64,000 nt of DNA from Laetmonice hystrix (Eukaryota): NCBI GenBank assembly GCA_965235115.1, contig OZ249439.1, positions 11,098,001-11,162,000 of the forward strand. Reading direction: 5' to 3'. Positions within the stretch are counted from its first letter, which is position 1, and the number at the start of each line of letters is the position of its first letter. Position numbers and translations under genes: made by a program. Under the pieces are notes generated by a model, which did not search any database, had not been told where the DNA came from, and saw only the letters and a program-made list of their open reading frames with translations. This document shows, piece by piece, positions 23,896 through 37,109 of this stretch.

Positions 23896-25332
23896 GACAG
23901 CCGGTGCCGCTAACAGTTGCACACTGACCGAGGATCATCACACCTGTCCCGGTGACAGGTGTAACAGATCTCCAACCGCCCGGGTCAGGCAGACACAGGT
24001 GTGTTATTATTTACCTGGTGTGGGGGCGGGCCCTATGTTACGTTTACCTTCGCGCCAAGTAAAGCATCTCCCACTTAGGAGAACACAGGCCAGACTGTCT
24101 CTGCTCTCATAGTGCACATTCCGAGACTAACCACAGACACCAACCACTAACAACACCTCCACTCACCCCCACCACACCCCAGGTACCAATCCCAACCCCC
24201 AACCCAGGCTCTTAGTCTTACCCCCCCCCCCCCACCCCCACCCCCACACACACATCCACGGTTAGCCATCACCCGGCTCAAACACCCCGACCAACGCGCC
24301 ATCTGGCGACAACATGCCACTTGATCATTCTATTGGTGGGTCAGGATCAGAGATTATCAGGTCAGGTATCCAGGGCAGTGATGAACTGAACGAGTACTCC
24401 CCTGTCCATCACCTATAAGTCCGTCCACACAGAGAGTGGCGGCAGTCTGTGCACGAGTGACCATTTAGTGGATCCAGAGGTCTGATTCAGTTATCAGGCG
24501 CCAGCTGCCAACAGTCCCTCAGATACGATCAAAGAACCGAAACGATAATTATCTCAGCGTTTCACTCAGACACCTGTTGGTCAGGTGTGTCAACGGTCCG
24601 GCTGTGGTAATCTCTACGTAAAGTTACCATAGTGTCACAGCCACCGGTTCTATGACGGTACGTTCTGTGACGTCACAACGTCACTGGAAGATCCACAGCA
24701 GCGCCCTCTCCCGGAACGGAGAACAATTATGTTAGATCGGGCTAAAAGAAAAGTGCAAACTGTCGACAGATTTCCGGTTATTACCCAGACGTTTTCTTTT
24801 ATTTAACATCTCTCTTTGTTCCTGTTCAAAGAGAGTCATGACTCTTGTCTAATTAGGACACACTAATTACAACCCATGGCTGGCCGCTTCTCCCGTAATA
24901 TGGCACCAGAGATTGTCTGGTGATGAAGAACGAGATTGTTTCTTTTCTTTCTCAAAGTTTAATGACGGTTGGGGTTAATATCAATTAAAATATCCTCACG
25001 TACTGTTACGTTAATTTGGGGACGATTTCTGGTATTTTGAGTGATGTACGATAACAGCTGGTGCCCTGATGACGTCAGAATGGAACCGTAAAACCTGAGG
25101 TTATGACAAATTATACCTGTCAGGTATGTAACAGTTCACTGTCCAGACGTGTCTGGTCCAGGGGGTCGGGGGGGGGGGGGGGGGTCCTGCCTCAGGTGGC
25201 TGGCTAATTAATGTACCTGATACGAGTACATGTACCAGGAAATACACCTTCACTAGGGCTTATAGTTTATCATGGACAACTAATGTTTTCTGTTAAGAAA
25301 TGGCAATGAGCGAGAGATACGTCTGCACTCAC

Positions 25333-25549
25333 AGGTCCCTATGGGGTACATGAAGTCAGCCGGTGCACCGTTATACTGTTCTAGACCGCTACCTGGAATA
25401 CCATCATGAAGTGTTCCTATCTGACAGTAGCTGCGAGGTTTAAAAAGGCACCGTGAAATATCGGCATTGAACAATGTTAGAGAATGAGACAATGGGCCAA
25501 CATGTCCTGGTGTGACAACCTCGTTTGTGTCGGCAGTCACCACAACAAC
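25333..25549 (-). CDS. Candidate 217-nt exon (VVVVTADTNEVVTPGHVGPLSHSLTLFNADISRCLFKPRSYCQIGTLHDGIPGSGLEQYNGAPADFMYPIGT), phase 0-1
   Basis: Acceptor ATTGTTTCCATACCAG|G, strong donor CCT|GTGAGT, and 72 open codons of mostly unique sequence; the other two frames are closed. Confidence 0.4.
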
Positions 25550-25955
25550 CTGGTATGGAAACAATCTGTAAAGTCCTGAAAGACTTCCACCACAACAACC
25601 TGGTAGGGACACATTCTGTTCAGTCCTGAAAGACTTCCACCACAACAACCTGGTATGGAAACAATCTGTAAAGTCCTGAAAGACTTCCACCACAACAACC
25701 TGGTATGGAAACAATCTGTAAAGTCCTGAAAGACTTCCACCACAACAACATGGTATGGAAACAATCTGTAAATTCCTGAAAGACTTCCACCACAACAACC
25801 TGGTATGACAACAATCTGTAAAGTCTTGAAAGACTTCCACCACAACAACCTGGTATGGAAACAATCTGTAAAGTCCTGAAAGACTTCCACCACAACAACA
25901 TGGTATGGAAACAATCTGTAAAGTCCTGAAAGACTTCCACCACAACAACCTGGTA
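25539..25955. repeat. Minisatellite, 50 bp x ~8
   Basis: Unit CCACAACAACCTGGTATGGAAACAATCTGTAAAGTCCTGAAAGACTTCCA; period 50 checked at 25581/25631/25681. Confidence 0.95.
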
Positions 25956-26463
25956 CCGTATGACAACAATTCGAGCATGAAGTCAGAGCCCAACTACAGT
26001 AAATGGCGGGTATTTCAGGCGGCACTGTTTCAAAGAAGACAGAACCTGACAAGTAGAAGAAATAACACAGACTCAAATTTTTAGGTGTCATTTTTTTGTC
26101 GTACGCTTTTCGGACTTCCCTATCAGACTGATGCCACAGAAAAAAATTAATTACCTAAAACAAACCAACCGCGCAACTCACAAGTCAAAGCATGGTCCTA
26201 ATATAGAGATTTGAAAGAAGAACATTAAGACGGGGTTTTACCCTTTTGTCAACAGGTCTGTATATAAAAAAATAGTAAAGGGTTTGGCGTTATAACTGGC
26301 GAGTGGCAATAATTTCCTGGAATTAATGTTGGCCTCAGATGTCTGTGTGAAGTACTCAATGACACCACCAATCAAAACTCGCTATGTGAGGTGACAACAG
26401 GGGGTTAACGACCTCTGACTGTATAACTTACCCTCTGAGAGCCCCACATGTCTGCCTGCTCAC

Positions 26464-26518
26464 CTTGCCCTCGGCCCAGTGAGCAAACGTACGGACACGG
26501 GCAAACGCTCTGGGACAA
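26464..26518 (-). CDS. Candidate 55-nt internal exon (frame undetermined)
   Basis: Acceptor GACAGTTTACAG|T and strong donor AAG|GTGAGC; all frames are open. Confidence 0.25.
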
Positions 26519-28026
26519 CTGTAAACTGTCCGCAATAAATAAATACAGGAAATAAATATATTCTAGGTATGGCATCATAAACGGTGTTATGAAGCAAAAT
26601 TTCAGGTTGGAGGGGGGGGGGGGTTACGGCGTCATCGCCCTAGCTCACCCCCTACCCCCAGCGTTTCCTTACTGGTAAAACAATATTACGTTACAAGGTG
26701 GGGTTTCAGGTGGAAGGTATTGTTAACATTGGTGTGAAGGGTTTTGAATTAACCGCCGTGCCAACCCTCTCCACTCCCCGCCCCATACATCACGGTGAGT
26801 TTGATCTTTGGCGAGGTCGGCTCGATCAAACGTTAATCTCCCCCCCCCCCCCCACATACACACACACACACCACAACCAGGCGCGGGGTGGGGGGGATTG
26901 GGTGGACTGTGGCGACATGACTGCCGAATTCTTCACGTGACACAAGATCTGCGGTTGAAACAGAAAGAAAACGACTTGGATGGCTGAGGGAACAGGACAA
27001 TGAATCATCCTGATCCCGACGGTATTCTGGGTCATGGCGGTGAGGGACCAAGGTTGTGGTTGTAATGAGAGAAATCTTACCTGTGCCCACCCCCTACTCC
27101 AACCCCCACCACCTACCCCAACCCTCACCCCCACCGTACCCCTGGATCGACGACTACCAAACAGGACACAATGGACGCACTGCTGACGGCAGTACCAATG
27201 AAACAATTGTAACTTTTCGTTCTCGGACACTCACTAACGACAATATGTGGGTGTGGGAGGGCAGCAGTCTGTGATACGATGGTCTTCCTGTCAGAATCAG
27301 GTCAGGTCTCATTAGGCCGACACACGAGTATCGCACTCTGAGGATGTCTCTAGCCCCCCCCCCCCCCCTCCCTCTGCAACACACACCAGGCCTCTCAGTG
27401 TTAACCTGACTTCAAGGTGTGTGTACCCCCGGGTAGGGGGGGGGGCGAACGTTACCCCCCACACCCTCCTGTAATGGGTTTGTAGGACCGGTCCCGTTAG
27501 TCGTGTCGCCATGATTGCCTTGGCCACTCAAAGTCTTGGTGCATGTTGCCAATATCAGGCACCAAGCCCGGTGGTGAAGTGAACATTCCCATCCGCCATA
27601 TGGCGTGTGTACATGGCACTGGGCGTGCAACCTACCCCAACATTATCACCTCGGGTCCTCGGAAAAAAATCTCCGAATGAAACGGCTACTTTTTACATCT
27701 GTAAACTTCAATGTCTGTACAGCGGTGAAAACCCTGCGAAAGGTGTCAGCCATGCCGACATCCACTCACCCACGATATGGTTTGGTGACTTGTGAACATT
27801 GTTCACAAAGAGAGAGTTATACATGGTCACAGCTACCTTAAACTACCTGAGCAGTCTCCATGGAAACCTGTTCCTCACATCCACACGGAACCATTCGGCA
27901 CAGAATGACAAACCGGGTTCTATGGGAGAGAAAAATACCGTCTGAAATTGTAAAGATCAAGTAGTGGGGAGGTTCCAATGTATACAACATATCCCCGGGC
28001 CCTGTTCATGAAGGGGTGCAGTTATA

Positions 28027-28091
28027 CACGTGGGATGTAGCTATACACGTGGTGATACGATTTTACACGTGGTGGCACAGTTCTACACGTG
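28027..28091. promoter_or_regulatory. Homotypic cluster of four CACGTG E-boxes
   Basis: TACACGTGG with CACGTG at 28027, 28046, 28066 and 28086, separated by divergent spacers; function is inferred only. Confidence 0.35.
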
Positions 28092-28826
28092 GATGTGATT
28101 TGTCGAGTTAGAGAGTGTAGGATATACACGGCCCATGTGGGCCTCTGTCTCCCCGGCTTGGTGTACCCGACCTGCTGATGACTGAAACCTCCACCAGGTA
28201 GCGCCACCGGACGCCCCATACGCCCTCCCAAGGTAACAGCGATCGCAGCCAAACACGGCCCACACCGAGCAATGTCAAGCTGCTATTTAAAAACTTCCTT
28301 TAAACTCAGACTACTTTTGGAAGGAAATCCACGCTATTGTCACACCTAATCCCAGGCCTACATCTGCCTACTTTCACGTTCCCACCAAAAACTTGGACAA
28401 TAGGTCGGACCTCCCCGCCTGTGTATCATCTCACTGGTTCCGAGGCCTTCAGTCAATATTGTGATAAGGTTGTGGAATTTACACAAGACTGCTCCAGAAC
28501 GATTTGACTTTACACATAGAGATGAACACCGGCCGCTGCTGGCCCAGGTCCTCCTCATCACACTAACACCGACTGCCGCTGCTGGCCCAGGTCCTCCTCA
28601 TCACACTAACACCGACCTACAGTCCGCCCACTTTTTCAATCCCATCTTGATGTATTTCGTGTGTCAATTATAGTAGATCAGCCAGTAAAACCTGGGGGAT
28701 CGGGTTTATAGTTCCAGATCCTGGCATACCCCCCCCCCCCCCGCACCCACCTACAGGTGTGACAGGCCAGCACAGGTGGGTTGACGACTTCGCCAGGGAC
28801 CATGGACAGTCCCTGGGCTAACCTGA

Positions 28827-29366
28827 CTGTTTCACCGGCCCGAGGGGCGTACGTAACTCACACCAGAGGGGATTACTCCTGGCCGGCCAATGGGTCAGGG
28901 CCGGCGGACTCCGCCAGTCCCACGGCCAGATCCCGCCTACAGTCCCCATACTACGATCAGTCTGTTTCACCGGCCCCAGGGGCGTACGTAACTCACACCA
29001 GAGGGGATTACTCCTGGCCGGCCAATGGGTCAGGGCCGGCGGACTCCGCCAGTCCCACGGCCAGATCCCGCCTACAGTCCCCATACTACGATCAGTCTGT
29101 TTCACCGGCCCCAGGGGCGTACGTAACTCACACCAGAGGGGATTACTCCTGGCCGGCCAATGGGTCAGGGCCGGCGGACTCCGCCAGTCCCACAGCCAGA
29201 TCCCGCCGACAGTCCCCATACTACGATCAGTCTGTTTCACCGGCCCCAGGGGCGTACGTAACTCACACCAGAGGGGATTACTCCTGGCCGGCCAATGGGT
29301 CAGGGCCGGCGGACTGCGCCAGTCCCACGGCCAGATCCCGCCAACAGTCCCCATACTACAATCAGT
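28827..29366. repeat. Tandem repeat, 135 bp x 4 (45-codon unit)
   Basis: Unit starts CTGTTTCACCGGCC at 28827, 28962, 29097 and 29232. Confidence 0.97.
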
Positions 29367-30557
29367 TAACAGTTAGAACTGCTCCAGTTCACTTCATTCG
29401 TCAACAACCCCACACCCCACCCTATATCCTCCAATCGACGCCCCGGGGTGATCTAGTTCTAGGGGATCGATCATCACCTTGGGGGTGGGTGTCGGGTAAG
29501 GAGTGGAGGAGGGGGTGGACTGATGATCTGGGCAGGTCAATCAATCGATCTGTCTCTGTCACAAGTATGTATTGATACAATCAATGACAACTATAGTAAG
29601 TAGGATACCCTCCCTTTCCGGGAGATCCTATATATAGTGGGGGCCAGCATGTCAAAGAATGACAAATTCCTCTCACCTACATTACATAGTTCTTAGTATC
29701 ATCACTCTCCTAATCATGATGGCGATCACCAGCGGGGCACTGAACACCCTCAAGTTAGGCACTCAGGGTCGATTAGCAAGGAGAGGCCAGTTACACGTAA
29801 CTACCTTAAAGTCCCCTTCAACCACTCCGATTGAAGTGTTACAGATGGCAAACTGTTTACAAACTGCCTGACTTTGTGAACCTCGTCTCGCAGCAGAGGC
29901 GGGCCTCGTACTCCTTTAAACACTCTCTTAGGTTCTTTACACAGTCTTCATTCAGGACCAACAAAAATACCATTCAGTGCTACATTGTACTTCAAAAGAA
30001 AACATTCACTATGATATATGAGATTTCTAATGGCGTCTTGTTGTGAACAGATATATATGTAGCCAGTCTGAGAATTTCGCTGCTGGCTACAGCAACAACT
30101 CAGTATGGTTGACTCGTACATTCAGACTTTTTTCCTCACTTCAATTTTCAAACGAGGTCTGAAGAGAGAAAGCTGGGCGTTTCTTTATAAAGACGGAGTG
30201 ATTTCACTTATAGATAGGTTCGGACTTTTTCAGCAGGGCCTCGAGTAAACGCACCACTTTACCCATGTGGCCTGTACTGACCAAGGATGCCAGTCCAATA
30301 TAAAAACGGACTTTCATGAACTTTTTGGCAGCTCCACTCACACACAGTCGCGTCTCTGCCTGGAATCAAGCCCCATCGGTAGACAGTTCTAATATTGTTC
30401 AGTCGGGTCAGAGATACCTCACCTCGGGGTATCTTTTGGCCCACCTTCCCTCCCTCGTTCCTTCTACTCCGACATTCCTCACCAGTTGAGACACAGAAAT
30501 AACAGACTTCAGGATGATGTGTGTCGACCAGGCATGCTTTAAACGCCGCCCGTACAG

Positions 30558-31836
30558 GTATGTCACATCACAGGGGAGAGTTCGAGAGAGGTACAATGTA
30601 CGTCACAAGGGACAGTCCGAGAGAGGTACAATGTATGTCACAGGGGGCAGTCCGAGAGAGGTACAATGTATGTCACAAGGGACAGTCCGAGAGAGGTACA
30701 ATGTATGTCACAAGGGACAGTCCGAGAGAGGTACAATGTACGTCACAAGGGACAGTCCGAGAGAGGTACAATGTAAGTCACAGGGGACAGTCAGAGAGAG
30801 GTACAATGTATGTCACAAGGGACAGTCCGAAAGAGGTACAACATGTCACAAGGGACAGTCCGAGAGAGGTACAATATGTCACAGGGGAGAGTCCGAGAGA
30901 GGTACAATGTATGTCACAAGGGACAGTCCGAGAGAGGTACAATGTATGTCACAAGGGACAGTCCGAGAGAGGTACAATGTATGTCACAAGGGACAGTCAG
31001 AGAGAGGTACAATGTATGTCACAAGGGACAGTCCGAGAGAGGTACAATGTATGTCACAAGGGACAGTCAGAGAGAGGTACAATGTATGTCACAAGGGACA
31101 GTCAGAGAGAGGTACAATGTATGTCACAAGGGACAGTCCGAGAGAGGTACAATGTATGTCACAAGGGACAGTCCGAGAGAGGTACAATGTATGTCACAAG
31201 GGACAGTCAGAGAGAGGTACAATGTATGTCACAAGGGACAGTCAGAGAGAGGTACAATGTATGTCACAAGGGACAGTCAGAGAGAGGTACAATGTATGTC
31301 ACAAGGGACAGTCCGAGAGAGGTACAATGTATGTCACAAGGGACAGTCCGAGAGAGGTACAATGTATGTCACAAGGGACAGTCAGAGAGAGGTACAATGT
31401 ATGTCACAAGGGACAGTCAGAGAGAGGTACAATGTATGTCACAAGGGACAGTCCGAGAGAGGTACAATGTATGTCACAAGGGACAGTCAGAGAGAGGTAC
31501 AATGTATGTCACAAGGGGCAGTCAGATAGAGGTACAATGTATGTCACAGGGGAGAGTCCGAGAGAGGTACAATGTATGTCACAAGGGACAGTCCGAGAGA
31601 GGTACAATGTATGTCACAAGGGACAGTCAGAGAGAGGTACAATGTATGTCACAAGGGACAGTCAGAGAGAGGTACAATGTATGTCACAAGGGACAGTCCG
31701 AGAGAGGTACAATGTATGTCACAAGGGACAGTCAGAGAGAGGTACAATGTATGTCACAAGGGGCAGTCAGATAGAGGTACAATGTATGTCACAAGGGACA
31801 GTCCGAGAGAGGTACAATGTATGTCACAAGGGACAG
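30558..31836. repeat. Minisatellite, 35 bp x ~36
   Basis: Unit ATGTATGTCACAAGGGACAGTCCGAGAGAGGTACA; it explains ORFs 30514-31868. Confidence 0.97.
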
Positions 31837-34153
31837 TGTTCCAGGCGGGGGTGTTTGACGTGAACTAGCGTCAGCCTGACATGGTCACTACCTCTGTTCT
31901 AAGATCGTTGACAGGGGGTGTTTTCCAGGTATCGTTAACCTGCCTGTCGTGTGTTAAAATCGTCATTGAAAATACAGTGATTTTAACGAGACGACATGGT
32001 AACGACGGGTTAGTGAATGAACTCGATGATAAGAAGGCACAGATCACGGAGCTCACGTGACCGTCGATCACTGAACTGACATCTCTCGACCTGTCACGGC
32101 TGACCTCCTGCCGACGGACGCTGACCTTACAAGGTCACACGTGGCCCGAGCCAGTCACAGTAACCTCTTACATCACTGGGCAGTGGTAGATGTCAGAGGT
32201 CAGCACAGGACGGCGTGTCTAGTCAGGATCTGAAACCGCCTAGGTGTGGGCATCCCTGAACCTTGGGGACTCCCACCCCCACCTACCTACACCTCCACCT
32301 GCCGCCGGGAGGGGGGGGGGGGGTTACATTCCGACGATGTAACCATACCCGAGACATCATCATCAACCTCTTCAACCTTGACATCGTCATCAACTGGCAG
32401 TCTTCTCTCACACCTAACACCTTCCCCTCACCATCACTGAAGGCGGGGCGGAGCATTCATTGTATACAAACATTGTTTCACCAACTTATACCTCTCTCCG
32501 AGCGGCCATGTTTGGTGTGTTAATTTACATCCATGCACAAAGCACAAAGCAGGCAGAATCTGGCACCGGGAACATTGCCGTCAGGGGTTTCTAACCCTTT
32601 TACCTGCTCTTTGATCAGCTTTCAGCTCCGTGACAGGGCCTTGACCTGTCATTGTGACTGTACACGTGAGACTAGGAGGGTAAGAAACTGTCTCCGTACA
32701 TCTGCTACGTCTGGACACCAGGCCCGCAGCCAAGAAATACCCCAAACTTGACTAACTAGGTGGATTCTGTAAACCAAGATTGATGGTTGCCAGTTACCTC
32801 CACTCTCGGGTTGTAAGTGTGACACGTAACATGACAGGCCGAGATGGAGTGGGTGATAGCAGCCGGGGCCCCGGGTCAAATGGACCAATCACAGACACCG
32901 TCACATCACCATAGACCGCAGGCCTATATACAACCAGTTGACTCGTCAAAATAAGGCTTTTAATATACACCAACATTTCGGATATACTACCTTTTATATC
33001 TGTCAATTCCACTTTTGTATATAAACGTAATAGAATAAAAAGAAGTCGTGTTTCTTGGTGCCTATAGCCCGTTTCTCAACTACTCTTAGGAACAGTGGCG
33101 ACCGTTAGGGGGCGTGGTCGTCACGACTGGGGTCAGTCGCCAACAGGTACATTCGGTACCGGGTGCAGATGTTAATTACAGGTAGGCCTTCACCTGAGGT
33201 CTTACCGTCTTCAAGGTCATTTACCTGAGGTCTTACCATCTTCAAGGTCACATGGATCTCACGCTACAGTCGATCATTACTTCCACAATAACCATCTCAA
33301 CTAAGGTCTACTGTCCAGGTCTTCCTTTAATACTGGAAGGTTGCTTCCCTCAGACTCGACAGGAACAAACAAACGACGTAACCATGGTAACCAACGTAAC
33401 GAACCTACAGTAATTAACGTAACCTTTCGACGTCACTAACGTAATCTACAGTAACTAGCGTAACTTATCGATAACGAGCATTGCGTTCAGAGACTGGCAC
33501 ACGAAATGACACAGTAAACTGGGACAACAAGATGTGTGGCAGTCAGAAACTAAAACATTATCCACAGCTCGTGCGTGGCAATTATCCGCCTGGGATCCCA
33601 GTGTTATACCGCTACTGATGGCAACAGCTGGCCTCTCACAGCTCTCCAAACTCTACCAATCAACGGACAGGTGTGGGCAAGCTATCTTAAAGTAGCACTC
33701 AACATTTCCAGCGTGCTTGTCTTTTAACAATACGACATCATTGGAATTTACTGGACATAACGACAGGTTTATGTGAACCTCGCAAGACGTGAAAACATGT
33801 GCCCGTTCACATATCAGACGGTCCTCACGATATCAACCAATAAAATGTCCCACTTGACAACTCCATACTACCGACGTGTACGTATCTGAACGTAACTGGC
33901 TGTGAGTCACTCTGTTCTACCACCTCTAGATTAAGTCTCCTTGGTTGTTTGAGGGTGATCATTTTGACGGTCAGATTCTCTGGTTGTTCAATACGTCACA
34001 CCAGGCGGGATATAATGAGGCATGATTTGAACTAGTTTGTTTTGATTTAAATGTTGGCCGGCTGCCACACAGGGTTCTCACCCCCCGGCCCTCCCACCGC
34101 TACCCTCACCGGCTGTCATCCGAGCACTACTGCTGCCACCTGTTTTAACACAG

Positions 34154-34248
34154 GTGGTCCGTACCGCGACACCTGCTGGATACCGGGGCAGAAATCTGAC
34201 CAACTGACCGCTGTCCATCGCACTGACCAACACGTGGGAAGTCAGATC
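34154..34248 (+). CDS. Candidate 95-nt exon (GPYRDTCWIPGQKSDQLTAVHRTDQHVGSQI), phase 1-0
   Basis: Acceptor CTGTTTTAACACAG|G and donor ATC|GTAAGA; one frame is open. Confidence 0.25.
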
Positions 34249-36084
34249 GTAAGAAACAGTTGACAATCACCTGTTTCAATACACCTGAGACTATGAAAGT
34301 CACAGTGATGGTCTAACCGTACATACCACACATAGCTCTCAGGTGACGGCCGAGCCACAACAATCTATGTCGATTCTATTATTTCTTGAGAACCCATTCA
34401 AGATATAGCTGCACGAAATAAACGAACTTTACGGCACCGGTCTACTACTCTCCCGGCCTTCATCCCATTTCCCATCCGGTAGTTAAAGAAATCTATCAAA
34501 AATTGTATCTGCAAACAATCCTTCCAGTCATATTACGCCAGAATTATGCCTAAAATTCTTTAAAAATATGTCACCATCTATCTATGAAAATCGGGACAGT
34601 GGACTCCCGCTTTTACAACTTCTTTTACTTAAATTACCGATGTGCGAACAATTTGGCCATTAAACTGATGAATATTTATGACTGACTGCCAGATGTCTTG
34701 TTCTTAGGGATTAACTAATAAATCCAACCCCAATGGCAGTTTTAACCCGATATTGTTGAGAAGATGTCCCCGACACTGGACACGTGAGGGTGGTGATGTT
34801 AAAATATTGACCACCAAGTACGTCGGTATCTCTGACTACTCTCCGACTGTTGACGCTTTGGCTGACAGAGCAGGGCTCCCATCTGGGTGCACACATCTGA
34901 TGAGGAATTCGTCAGAAACTGAGCCGGGAACACAGCCGCTCCTGTTGTGGGAATTACCTTGCTATAACAAACACTGGGCGGTTAAAGCTACCAGTCTATA
35001 ACAACAGGTGTGACCTATCGTCCCAATTAGTTAGTTATCTTTATAAAGGTGGGATATAACATCCTTAACATACAGGACAACCCTCACACAGAATGTCCGC
35101 ATCTCAACGTTTCCACACTCAAAACGGCTGGTTGCCCTAACTCCCGCAGTCAGTGTTCTTTAACAACGTCTCATGATCATTGATGAGTTCTGTCGAGACA
35201 AGAGTATTCAGGTAATCTCAAGTTTGAACGTCTACCTCCTTGGGTCGACTTCAGCAAGTCAGACAGGATTTTACAGCCAACTGGTCGGTAAGAAAACATG
35301 ACATATAACACTCAGTAGGATCCATGATCTATTGCGGGGAAACACCTTGAAATAACTGGTACGGTATAAGTTATACCTTCTTTTTAACCTTATGTAAAGT
35401 GCTATTGTAAGTGCCCTATTCGTGTTATCTTTAGACTATCTGATTAGTTGATCCATTACTTGATGGCTACGTTCTCACGGTCCCGTTCAGTGACGGTTCC
35501 CATGACGACACAGGAGGACGCCCTATCTCCAGGAAGTACTGGAGTTCGGACACAATCGTAATTTGGCTAAACCACCCATTCTCCTACACTTTCTAAGATC
35601 CTAATTATTTTTGCCGAAGATAAGTTCTGCAAAAGAGAAAGTTGCTTACATTGAGAATTTGGTGAACCCCGTCAGCTGAGAATGGTGGATGATGTACTAA
35701 ACGAAGTGATCTACCTTACAGGTGTCGACTGACGCTCTGTAGACCTACCGTCCGGGTTTACCTATGTACACAGGTACTGGTTACCTGAGAGAGAGAGAGG
35801 GGCGAGGATGAAGGTCAGGACCTTTCTGTCCACATCAGGCGGGGAGGCAGGGCTATGACGTCACGCCACCTGGCGGTGACACCTACCGGGGAGCCCACTC
35901 TCCCTGTCTGACCCGATCCTCCTGCTTACATGGTTACGTGTCAGCTTGGGGTGCTAAGATATCAGGTATAGGGTCAAAGGTGAAAGGTTTGGTAGAACCT
36001 GAGTCCACAAACACCTGTTAATTAAAGGCCGTACATCAGTCCCCACGTCCCATCTCCCTATGTCCCCGTCCTAACTCAACACAC

Positions 36085-36550
36085 GGTGAACAGACACCAA
36101 CAGATGGCCTCCACCAGACCAAAGGTGAACACACACACCAACAGATGGCCTCTACCAGACCCAAGGTGAACAGACACCAACAGATGACCTCCACTAGACC
36201 CAAGGTGAACACACACACCAACAGATGGCCTCTACCAGACCCAAGGTGAACAGACACCAACAGATGGCCTCCACCAGACCCAAGGTGAACACACACACCA
36301 ACAGATGGCCTCCACTAGACCCAAGGTGAACACACATACCAACAGATGGCCTCCACCAGACCCAAGGTGAACACACACACCAACAGATGGCCTCCACTAG
36401 ACCCAAGGTGAACACACATACCAACAGATGTCCTCCACCAGACCCAGGGTAAACACACACCTACAGATTGATGGCCTCCACCAGACCCTAGGTGAACACA
36501 CATTTACAGATGGCCTCCACCAGACCCAAGGTGAACACACACCGACAGAT
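36085..36550. repeat. Minisatellite, ~40-42 bp x ~11
   Basis: ACCCAAGGTGAACACACACACCAACAGATGGCCTCCACCAG with a variable CA run. Confidence 0.93.
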
Positions 36551-36851
36551 GGCTCACAGGTCCCGTACTGTAGACACACACACACTGACACACACTGCTA
36601 CGTTAGACTGCCACACTTTATGCTGACAGATCAAAGCAATCAACTGTGTTTGGATAATCTTTGCCCATGTGAGCCAGCCATTGTAAACTGGAATCTGTGG
36701 CATGTAGAAATCTTGGGTTCTACCCCTGGTGCATACAAAGCAGAGCGGGCGGGAAAATCAGAGCGATGCTGGAGAAATAAAACACCGTGCTTCAATAGCA
36801 CGGCTCGTTTAGGATCCCCGCGTCAACACACGAGGTTACTTCACTGCTTAC

Positions 36852-36920
36852 ATATGGAAATTCTGTTTGCACATCTCCAATGGTGACTTCACTTGTCATG
36901 ATTTCAGGTGTTGCGCCTGC
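36852..36920 (-). CDS. Candidate 69-nt exon (AGATPEIMTSEVTIGDVQTEFPY), phase 0-0
   Basis: Acceptor TCGTGTTTGTTCACTAG|G and donor TAT|GTAAGC; only frame 0 is open. Confidence 0.3.
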
Positions 36921-37109
36921 CTAGTGAACAAACACGACTGCAGATTCATTGTCAATGGCACATCACCAGATGCTGCCCTTTTCAGTAACTACTCTCTGCC
37001 TCTGATCGTCTTTTTTTCATTTGTTCATCCGCTCGAGCGGCAAGAGATCATTAATCACTTTACTGTCATCAGTACGTTGTCAGCTCTGGACTGCGGGCAG
37101 GGCCGTATC

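Noticed and set aside
30514-31868. ORFs of 240-449 aa
   Set aside because: All three plus frames give the same cycling peptide, a direct artefact of the 35-bp unit.
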